A stretch of 63,479 bases of DNA, counting the filler, from Octopus bimaculoides (Eukaryota), in assembly GCF_001194135.2 (NCBI RefSeq). It is 6 parts of 6 records of this genome, joined end to end, with 100 filler letters (N's around TTAATTAATTAA, not from the genome) between each part and the next. Parts side by side here need not be neighbours in the genome. Positions count along the whole stretch, not along the records: positions 52,958 to 60,975 come from NC_068984.1; positions 61,076 to 63,479 come from NC_069005.1; 4 more parts are not named here. One strand, given 5' to 3'. Below, piece by piece: positions 53,907 to 63,479 of this stretch. The notes below the pieces were generated by a model that did not search any database, was not told where the DNA came from, and saw only the letters and a list, made by a program, of their open reading frames with translations. Made by a program: the position numbers and the translations under genes. Position 1 is the first letter of the stretch. Every line of letters begins with the position of its first letter.

Positions 53907-54335
53907 GGCAGCGAGCTGGCAGAAACGTTAGCGCGCCTGACGAAATGCTTAACGGTATTTCATCTGCTGTTACGTTCTGAGTTCAAATTCTGCCGAGGTA
54001 GACTTTATCTTTCATCCTTTCGGGGTCGATAAATTAAGTGCCAGTTACGCACTGGGGTCGATGTAATTGACTTAATCCCTTTGTCTGTCCTTGTTTGTCC
54101 CTTCTATGTTTAACCCTTGTGGGTAATAAAGAAATAAGAATCGTTAGTACACCGGGCGAAATGCTTAGCGATATTGCGTCTGCCGTTACGTTCTGAGTTC
54201 AAATTCCGCGAGGTTTGACTTTGCCTTTCATCCTTTCGGGGGTCTATAAATTAAGTACCAGTTGCGTACTGGAGTCGATCTAATCGACTGGGACCTCTTC
54301 TCCTAAAATTTCGGGTCTTGTGCCTAGAGTAAAAA
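53907..54335 (+). mobile_element. Full dimeric SINE (A-tail monomer + B-tail monomer)
   Basis: Two copies of the head/core joined at aaagaaataagaatcgttag (~54128-54147). Confidence 0.9.
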
Positions 54336-55003
54336 TAATTATTCTTTCTGTTTTTCTCTCAAACTCTTTCCCTATCTCTTTCCCTCTCTTTGTGAATATG
54401 TGATACTTTTCTTTCATCTCTCTATTTCTCTCTCTCTCTTTAAAACTTCCTTCTCTCTTTCATTATCTTTTGCTTCAATTTTCTCTCTGTCTCTCTCGCA
54501 AACTGTGTCTGTTTGGCTATCTCTCTTTCTCTCGCTTCCAAATCATTTCCAGATTATGTGTTTAGAGTTCAAACTGAAAACACATCTTAAACACACCTAA
54601 ACATTTACAGACATATAAACACAAACATTACATACTTGCGTATACACACACATCCGCGCACATATGTAACCATACATACATGCACACATACACACATACA
54701 TACATACATGCATACATACAACATACATACATACATACATACAAACATACATTCATACAGCTGCACAACTACATACATACATACATACATACACACACAT
54801 ACATATATATNNNNNNNNNNNNNNNNNNNNNNNNNNNNNNNNNNNNNNNNNNNNNNNNNNNNNNNNNNNNNNNNNNNNNNNNNNNNNNNNNNNNNNNNNN
54901 NNNNNNNNNNNNNNNNNNNNNNNNNNNNNNNNNNNNNNNNNNNNNNNNNNNNNNNNNNNNNNNNNNNNNNNNNNNNNNNNNNNNNNNNNNNNNNNNNNNN
55001 NNN

Positions 55004-55044
<41 letters not shown>

Positions 55045-56159
55045 AACATACATAGATACATACATGCCTGTATACGTGTGTATACAGATTGGTACACGTA
55101 CAGATTGGCACACAAAACACAATTAAAGAACACTCATACATGCAAATACACACGCATTTGCATGCAAATAATATACGCAAAGGATTGCACATACAAACAC
55201 ATACAAACACAGCCGAATGCTAAGTACGCACACACACACATATACACAAACACACATAGAGCCATACACATCAGAAAAACACATCCGGATTCACTGGAAA
55301 CAGGCACATAATCCAACCCCCTCATCTACCCCATCTTACAATTGTCACCTACGGTTGTTTACGCCGAAGATATGGCCCCCTTCCCCGTCTATCGTGATCA
55401 CCTGACAGCAAAGGGTTTTTGGACCCAGCAGGGATTTTGTTTCCAGTCTTAACGCTAATGGTCACGTGATCAAGAGGAATTCTTAAAACTACAGTCAAAT
55501 GAGATACAAAAATAGACTTGGAGACATCCAGCCACAAGCCACACCTCTCGCTCTCCACTCCACACCCCACTCACTCGATGTGTGTACACGTGTATGCGTA
55601 CGTCTATGTAACTATTTATGAACTATCTAATATCCATGTGTGCGCTCGCGCGCGCGCGCGCGCGTGTGTGTCTGAGTAAACAAGCACATAGGTAGCAATG
55701 TAGACCGATAAAAGGTTGGGAACATGGAATGGTAGGTAGATATAAAGAAAGCTATTGTATGAGTGTGTGTGTGCGTGTATATATATATATATATATATAT
55801 GCGTCTTATGTATATACATATATATATGCGTCTTATATATATATATATATATATGCGTCTTATGTATATACATATATATATGCGTCTTATATATATATAT
55901 ATATATATCTTTCCTTCCTTTCCTGAGCGTCTGATAACACAGTACTTGTACCACGTCCTCGCATTATTGTTTTTTCTTGTTTGTTCTTGTTTGTTTGGAT
56001 TCACTACATACATACATACATACATACATACATACATGCATACATATATACATACATCTATATATATACAAACACACACATACACACACACATATATATA
56101 TAGGTATGTATACGTCTCTGTATGTTCAAAATATATATATGTGCGTAGGTACATGTATG

Positions 56160-56214
<55 letters not shown>

Positions 56215-56229
56215 GTCTGTCTGTCTGTA

Positions 56230-56260
<31 letters not shown>

Positions 56261-56815
56261 TTATCTATATCACACACACACACTTACATAATTATATACC
56301 TATGTGTTTTTATCCTTACAAACAGAAACGCATGCATATAAGTGGTTTCACGAACAAAAATGGACTGCCGAACATATTATCTAAAGTATACATTCTTACG
56401 TGTGTGGTATGTGTGTGTGTTTGGGGAGGTGTATGTTTCTATAGCAAGTGTATAAGTGTGTGTGTGTACAATGTTACTACTCAACATTTTACATATATTG
56501 CGAAAGAAACATTTCGTGAATGAAGTGATATATTGGTACACCCGTCGGCCAAAATGTTTCCCCGTTGGTTTCATTGAATGTGTAACAGTCTAGGAATATT
56601 CATGTTGCTAATCAGAAGGCAATGGTGTTAGGGAAAACACCCGGCTTATATCGGTGGACACCAGAGCTAGGCACAAAATAATTTATCACTTCATTAAGTA
56701 ATGTAATTTTGGGAGCATGGAAGCTGCTGTAAACTATTTGTTACCAAGAACCACAACTAGAAAATAATTCCCTCCACCGCTTAAGCAGTAACTTGTTTTT
56801 ATATCTACATATTTA

Positions 56816-57035
56816 GGCTGCGAGCTGGCAGAATCGTTAGCACGCCGGGCGAAATGCTTAGCGGTATTTCGTCTGCCGTTGCGTTCTGAGTTCAAATTCC
56901 GCTGAGGTCGAATTTGCCTTTCATCATTTCGGGGTCGATTAAATAAGTACCAGTTACGCACTGGGGTCGATGTAATCGACTTAATCCCTTTCTTTGTCCC
57001 CTCTGTGTTTGGCTCCCTGTGGGCAATGAAGGAAT
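56816..57035 (+). mobile_element. Intact monomeric tRNA-derived SINE ('A-type' tail)
   Basis: Same head/core, ending ttaatccctttctttgtccctctgtgtttggctccctgtgggcaatgaaggaata. Confidence 0.9.
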
Positions 57036-57187
57036 ATATATTTAGCATTAAGTATATAAGTAAGTATGGGATGGTATGTATGTATGAATGAATGCATGTG
57101 TGAGAGTATGTATTACGTGTTTTGTGACCGCGTGTGTATCGTTGGCGATTTTCTTTCTCCGTCTTCCCTTCTTTGGACTTTTTCTAT

Positions 57188-57222
57188 ATTTCTGATGAAG
57201 AGCTCAGCTCGAAACGTGAAAT
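57188..57222 (+). ncRNA. Minimal hammerhead-like motif (probably inactive copy: G at cleavage position)
   Basis: ATTT-CTGATGA-A-GAGC-TCA-GCTC-GAA-ACGT-G-AAAT. Confidence 0.5.
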
Positions 57223-57283
57223 CCTTTATATATATATATATATACAATTGAAACAATTTGGAGTCAGATGCGTATATGTATGT

Positions 57284-57315
<32 letters not shown>

Positions 57316-57596
57316 NNNNNNNNNNNNNNNNNNNNNNNNNNNNNNNNNNNNNNNNNNNNNNNNNNNNNNNNNNNNNNNNNNNNNNNNNNNNNNNNNNNNN
57401 NNNNNNNNNNNNNNNNNNNNNNNNNNNNNNNNNNNNNNNNNNNNNNNNNNNNNNNNNNNNNNNNNNNNNNNNNNNNNNNNNNNNNNNNNNNNNNNNNNNN
57501 NNNNNNNNNNNNNNNNNNNNNNNNNNNNNNNNNNNNNNNNNNNNNNNNNNNNNNNNNNNNNNNNNNNNNNNNNNNNNNNNNNNNNNGTGAGAAAGT

Positions 57597-57632
57597 CCTT
57601 TACGTTTCGAGCTTAGGCTCTTCAACAGAAAG
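57597..57632 (-). ncRNA. Minimal hammerhead-like motif, core variant CUGUUGA
   Basis: CTTT-CTGTTGA-A-GAGC-CTAA-GCTC-GAA-ACGT-A-AAGG on the minus strand. Confidence 0.35.
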
Positions 57633-58589
57633 GAACACGAGGAAATAAACAGAGAGAATAAAAAACCTTGTGGATTTAGAGATCAATCATGGCGACTGGT
57701 CGGGAAAAAACGGTTTGGCAGGAGAGGTAAAAAGAAGGGGAGATAATAAAGTATTGGTGATCCCAAAACGAAGGTGCGCGTGCGTTATGCGTTTATATCA
57801 TATTGTATGTAATAATCCCCCGATCAACGAATTTTTCACCCCCCCCCACCCAAATATAAATAATTTTTTTGCTTGCCATTTGACAGAATATTATGGAAGA
57901 CTGCTTCTGTATTCTAAACAGAATCCAGTAAATTGAATTCGACTTTATTTTCATGGATATCCATGAAATATGAAAATGCAGATCAAAACCTGGGAAGGAT
58001 TTGAACTCAGAACGAAAAGAGACAAAACTAAATATCGGAAACTAATAAAGTCATCCAGCACTCCAGCTTGATATCAATCCATCTCCCTATAATAGTCTTC
58101 CTCCAACAGCAATATGAAGTGAAATGATGTGGGCGAAAAAAAAAACCGGATGCGTAAATGCAAAGCGTACAAAATAAGAATCGGAGTAGGCGGAGAACTT
58201 TAGGGGGTGAGATGGTGGGGGGAAATGAAGCATTGGTTTCTAAAGGAGACACATAACATAGTCAGATAAAACAAAACATATGTTTAACTAAATATATAGA
58301 CTGCGTTAAATATAAAAACGTAACAAAATAACTGTTATACCGGAAGCGGAGAAACTAAAGAAAACATGTACTTCAATGATATGAAAGACACGATTTGCGG
58401 TGGAATTTATTTAGACAATAGCAGAATAAAATCCAACACCTTGGGCAGTATGTATTATTATAATAACATGAAGAATTTAAAACATGTATGTATGCGTGTA
58501 TGTGTGTGTGTGTGTGTGTGTGTTTGTCAGTGTGAATGTACGCATGTGTGAGTGAATTTTATATACGTACGCATACATATTCTTTTATT

Positions 58590-58795
58590 TATTTTATTTG
58601 TTTCAGTCGTTTGATTGCGGCTGTGCTGGAGCACCGCCTTTTTAGTCGAGCAATTCCACCCCCTCCCAGGACTTATTCTTTGTAAGCCAGAGTACTTATT
58701 CTATCGTTCTCTTTTGCCAAACCGCTAAATAACTGGGACGTAAACACACCAGCATCGGTTGTCAAGCGATGGTGGGGGACAAACACAGACCTCAC
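58590..58795 (-). mobile_element. 3' tail segment of the composite SINE
   Basis: Reverse complement of 59550-59765. Confidence 0.75.
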
Positions 58796-58850
<55 letters not shown>

Positions 58851-58930
58851 TACAGATACATATGAATGTATAATACATACAAACAGACCCACAAATAACA
58901 CATGCGCGCGGGCGCACACACTCACACACA

Positions 58931-58982
<52 letters not shown>

Positions 58983-59014
58983 TTATATCTTCCTCCGTCC
59001 CAAATTCTTGTGAA

Positions 59015-59332
59015 GGCGTGTGACTCAGTGTGTAACGTATTCGCTTCACGATCGTAAGTTTGTGGGTTCAATTCTCGGCGACGCGTTGTGTCCTCGAGCA
59101 AGACACTTTATTTCACATTGCTCTAGTCCATTCAGTTTGCAAAAACGAGTAGTACCTGTATTTCAAAGGGGCCAGCCTTGCCACACTCTGTGTCACACTG
59201 AATCTCCCTGAGAATTACGCTAAGTGTATGCTTGTCTTTGAAATGCTTAAACACCCCTACTTTATTTTCACGAGTATGCTGGTCCCTTGATCGGTTCAAG
59301 TGGAACCCACGTCGTGGAAACCGACGGAGTTC
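59015..59332 (+). mobile_element. tRNA-derived SINE sharing its core with 16972-17356
   Basis: B-box-like gggttcaattct and core gtacctgtatttcaaaggggccagccttg. Confidence 0.75.
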
Positions 59333-59359
59333 AGATTTAAAAAAATATTTTCTCAGCTA

Positions 59360-59765
59360 GGGCTGCGTGGTAAGAAGCTTGCTTCCCAACCACATGGTTC
59401 TGTGTTCAGTCCCACTGTGTGACACCTTGGGCAAGCGTCTTCTACTATACCCTCGGGCTGACTAAAGCCTTGTGAGTGGATTTGGTAGACGGAGACTGAA
59501 AGAAGCCCGTTGTGTATATATGTATATATATTTATGTGTGTGTGTCTTTGTATCTGTGTTTGTCCCCCCAACATCGCTTGACAACTGATGTTGGTGTGTT
59601 TATGTCCCCGAAACTTAGCGGTTCAGCAGAACGGGATCGATGAAATAAGTACTAGGCTTACAAAGAATAAGTCCAGGTGGGGGGGGGGGATTTGTTCGAC
59701 TAAAAAGGCGCCGCTCCGCTCCAGCATGGCCGCAGTCCGAAACGTGTAAAAGAGTAAAAGAGTTT
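59360..59765 (+). mobile_element. Composite SINE: tRNA head, internal microsatellite, 3' tail
   Basis: ggctgcgtggtaagaagc...gttcagtcccactg..., then (TA/TG)n, then gtccccccaacatcgcttgac...aaaagagtaaaagag. Confidence 0.8.
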
Positions 59766-60269
59766 GTTACATGCACCCCACAATTCCCTTTATAACCAAC
59801 CTACTAGGCAACCAGCTAACAACCAACCAATTCCCTAACAAACCGACCAATCAAACAACTCAACGACCAAGCGAGCGAGCAAGCAAGCAAGGAAGCAAGG
59901 AAGCAATCATTTAACCGTCCAACTAGTCACTCTGCTAGCCAGCCAGCAAGCTAGCCAGCCAGTCAGCCAAACCCACCAATGATATCGTTTCAGAGGTGTT
60001 GTGCAGCCAGCCATATCTCGGAGAAGCCATCTCCGCTGTCATGTCGCCGGGCAAGCTGCCCGAAAGACAAACACAGAGACACAATCAAGACAGTCATTGT
60101 TACGTTGATTCTGTCGTTTGTTTTGTTGCATTCTGTGTTTCTTCTGTGTCTTTGTGTGGCGAGAGAATCGAGGGACAAGAGGCGAAGGGGGCGGTGCTGC
60201 GTGAACATTAAGGAACACAACAAGGGAATTGAAGGAATGTCGCTAAAACAAAGAATTGGAAAAATAGAA

Positions 60270-60300
<31 letters not shown>

Positions 60301-60422
60301 ATTCAGACGACTAACTTTATGTTATCAGAAATAAGAAAGGAATGAAAAAAAAAACCAGAAAGACAAAAAAATAGATAAGGAAAAAGTATTTCGATATTTA
60401 TAAACGTGTCGCTGTATATGTT

Positions 60423-60467
<45 letters not shown>

Positions 60468-60607
60468 AGATGTGTATGAAAAGCACGCGCGTGTGGTGTT
60501 TGGGTGGTTGTATGTGGGTATATGTTTAGACAAACATATAAAACACACACCTTTGTGTGTTTGTGTATGTATTTATGTATGTCTATATATATCTATATCT
60601 CAACCTC

Positions 60608-60672
<65 letters not shown>

Positions 60673-60687
60673 CCTATCTATCTATCC

Positions 60688-60722
<35 letters not shown>

Positions 60723-61075
60723 ATCATGGACGGACGGTAGACACATCGGCTCCCATGTAAGTTGCATTTTTCACCTCTTAAAAGACCTATTTTGTTTTAA
60801 AATTTTGTATAAGTTGTGTATAACACAAAATACTTCGTGAACATATATTTTTCAAATCGGAAATAGCTCTATTTAGAGCCTTATTTCCAAAAATTCAAAC
60901 ATATCTTCCTCGTTCCTAGCCATATTCTTTAAAACGAATATGGCTAAGGTTTTCAACGAGGCCGACTTCCCGCTCNNNNNNNNNNNNNNNNNNNNNNNNN
61001 NNNNNNNNNNNNNNNNNNNTTAATTAATTAANNNNNNNNNNNNNNNNNNNNNNNNNNNNNNNNNNNNNNNNNNNN

Positions 61076-61106
<31 letters not shown>

Positions 61107-61375
61107 GCGTGTATGTATTCATATATGTGTATGTTTGTTAAAATACTGAATACGGGAAGTCTAGTGGCGGTGTGCGTCAGAAAAATGGTATTTATTGGTA
61201 TCACCGCAATATTACGTAAGTTGGTATGATGTCGTTGAAAGTCCAACGTTTTGGACAGGGTGATATTTTAGCGAATCATCTTTGAATGAATGGTTGAAGA
61301 AACTGAAGATAACAAGTATGTCAGATGATTGCAGTTGTATTGTTGTATAATGGAAAGCATCCTGTTAGACTCTAA

Positions 61376-61650
61376 CAGGGGTTTTAAAACTTTTTGACTT
61401 GCGGACCCCTTTATATTTCAGGCTTTACCTTAGGGACCCCCTTATAAACGCTTATGAAATTTATACATAAGTATTTGCTTAAAATAACATATATTTTTAC
61501 ATTCATTTATTTAACAGTATTTAACAAATAGGTTAATTGTCATTTAAAAGATTTCGATTAAAAAACATATATAAAATCAAATTGCCCATAAAACGTATTT
61601 GCTGTCTACGGACCCCCTGTGGTACGCGACCCACAGTTTGAAAACCCCTG
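61376..61650. mobile_element. hAT-Charlie-type MITE (275 bp)
   Basis: TIR CAGGGGTTTTAAAACT / reverse complement CAGGGGTTTTCAAACT, with internal ggacccc repeats. TSD not cleanly recovered. Confidence 0.75.
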
Positions 61651-62220
61651 TGTTAGAGGTGTGGCAAAGGAGATGTTGGTTAATGTGGGGTACCTATTTG
61701 AATGAGTGCCTGTCAGAAGGCTAGTAACATTTAAATATGTGTTTGCATAAAAGGCACAATAAAATACCAGGAGACAATGTTCCCTTTCGGTTAACAAACC
61801 TGAGAATTTATTCTGGTGCAATCAAGATATTACCAAAGCTTTGCAGGAAAGCCTTCCCGATAATCGGGAAGGAATCAAGTGTTCGTTCATTAATAATTGT
61901 TCAATCTATGTTTCGTAGATATCAGCCTTCCCATCAATCGGGAGCAGTAAACAACTGTTCATTCCTTAGTATGTTCCCTGGAGTTGGAAAAAAAAAAATC
62001 AGTTTGTAAGGGATGGCTGGGGGTTCTGGATATCTAGGAAAATATGAGATACGCATACAACACTCATATACATGTGTGTTAGTGTGAGTGAATATATACA
62101 TACATACATACATATACCGGAGTAAGCACATTAAATGTGCAACAAGGTGGAAAAAAAGTACTCAAATACCAGAGGTAGAGTAATATGCTTTATTTAAAAG
62201 TAGCAGAAATATAACAAAAG

Positions 62221-62260
62221 ACTGTTACTCTGAGTTTCACGTTCCCGTTCATCGGACAGT
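62221..62260 (-). ncRNA. Type I hammerhead ribozyme-like motif (U4C variant)
   Basis: Stem I ACTGT/ACAGT, core CCGATGA, stem II ACG-GGAA-CGT, GAA, stem III ACTC-A-GAGT, cleavage triplet GUA. Confidence 0.6.
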
Positions 62261-62816
62261 TTTGTTAGAAATGGAAAAAATATATATATGTATATATGTA
62301 TATATGTATATATGCATGTNNNNNNNNNNNNNNNNNNNNNNNNNNNNNNNNNNNNNNNNNNNNNNNNNNNNNNNNNNNNNNNNNNNNNNNNNNNNNNNNN
62401 NNNNNNNNNNNNNNNNNNNNNNNNNNNNNNNNNNNNNNNNNNNNNNNNNNNNNNNNNNNNNNNNNNNNNNNNNNNNNNNNNNNNNNNNNNNNNNNNNNNN
62501 NNNNNNNNNNNNNNNNNNNNNNNNNNNNNNNNNNNNNNNNNNNNNNNNNNNNNNNNNNNNNNNNNNNNNNNNNNNNNNNNNNNNNNNNNNNNNNNNNNNN
62601 NNNNNNNNNNNNNNNNNNNNNNNNNNNNNNNNNNNNNNNNNNNNNNNNNNNNNNNNNNNNNNNNNNNNNNNNNNNNNNNNNNNNNNNNNNNNNNNNNNNN
62701 NNNNNNNNNNNNNNNNNNNNNNNNNNNNNNNNNNNNNNNNNNNNNNNNNNNNNNNNNNNNNNNNNNNNNNNNNNNNNNNNNNNNNNNNNNNNNNNNNNNN
62801 NNNNNNNNNNNNNNNN

Positions 62817-62847
<31 letters not shown>

Positions 62848-62859
62848 TGTGTCTGTGTC

Positions 62860-62891
<32 letters not shown>

Positions 62892-63072
62892 TATGTATAT
62901 GTGTGTGTATATATGTATGTATATGTATTTATGCATATAAATTAAGTTGTTAATAAATCGTACAGTGCACACTTGGTAGTTTGCCGGTAAAGCATGTTCA
63001 CTGACTCAGTGTTCGTTGGGTGTGTAATTGATGAGAGAGATGGAAAATGGAATATACGAGAATCTTTATAGT

Positions 63073-63176
63073 TCACTACAGCTGTTTCGACCCATGTAGC
63101 ATCGATCCCTCGGAGCTGGGATACTACGCAACTGGTTTAGGTGCGTACCTTTGTGTAGATGTATCTCCTCAAGTGA
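63073..63176 (-). ncRNA. Hammerhead-like motif with long structured stem II insertion
   Basis: Stem I TCAC/GTGA, core TTGAGGA, ~77-nt stem II region closed by GA/TC, GAA, palindromic stem III ACAGCTGT, triplet GUA. Confidence 0.35.
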
Positions 63177-63347
63177 TTTCAAGAGATATCTCGTTAAAAT
63201 AAACTCTATTTCGCACAACTTATCATTGCATGTTTACTTCTTGGGCTTCGTAGATAGAAATGGTAAATCGACGGATACTGCTTCATTCTTATAGAAGAAC
63301 AATGGACAAAGATCAGATACGAAAAGAAAACTAATATACAATAAAGC

Positions 63348-63420
63348 ATTCGTTATAATTTTGATGAAGTCTTACTCTTTCTGATGGAAAGAATAAGACG
63401 TCATCAAAATTATAACGAAT
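63348..63420. repeat. 73-nt near-perfect hairpin
   Basis: 20-bp perfect outer stem, one mismatch, 13-bp inner stem with one mismatch, 5-nt loop tgatg. Confidence 0.9.
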
Positions 63421-63442
63421 CAAAAATTAAATCCTTTCGTGC

Positions 63443-63479
<37 letters not shown>

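Overview
AT-rich, gapped eukaryotic genomic DNA dense in microsatellites and SINEs. The repeat landscape looks like an octopus/coleoid cephalopod draft assembly (inference). The only host gene I can support is a minus-strand DHRSX-like short-chain dehydrogenase, with exon 1 at 25441-25555 and exon 2 at 20977-21084; later exons were not found. The rest is transposon debris: a decayed Ty3/Gypsy LTR element (1-2637), CR1- and RTE-type LINE fragments, several tRNA-derived SINE families (including a recurrent dimer), hAT, piggyBac and TA-type MITEs, and a palindromic mariner derivative. The most interesting signal is a set of type I hammerhead-ribozyme-like folds in several unrelated short repeats. 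They have palindromic stem III, as described for Penelope-associated hammerheads. One sits in a fold-back element and appears to have a swapped G3:C8 core. All structures were folded by eye and none is experimentally shown. Most ORFs in the supplied track are artefacts of N gaps or microsatellites.
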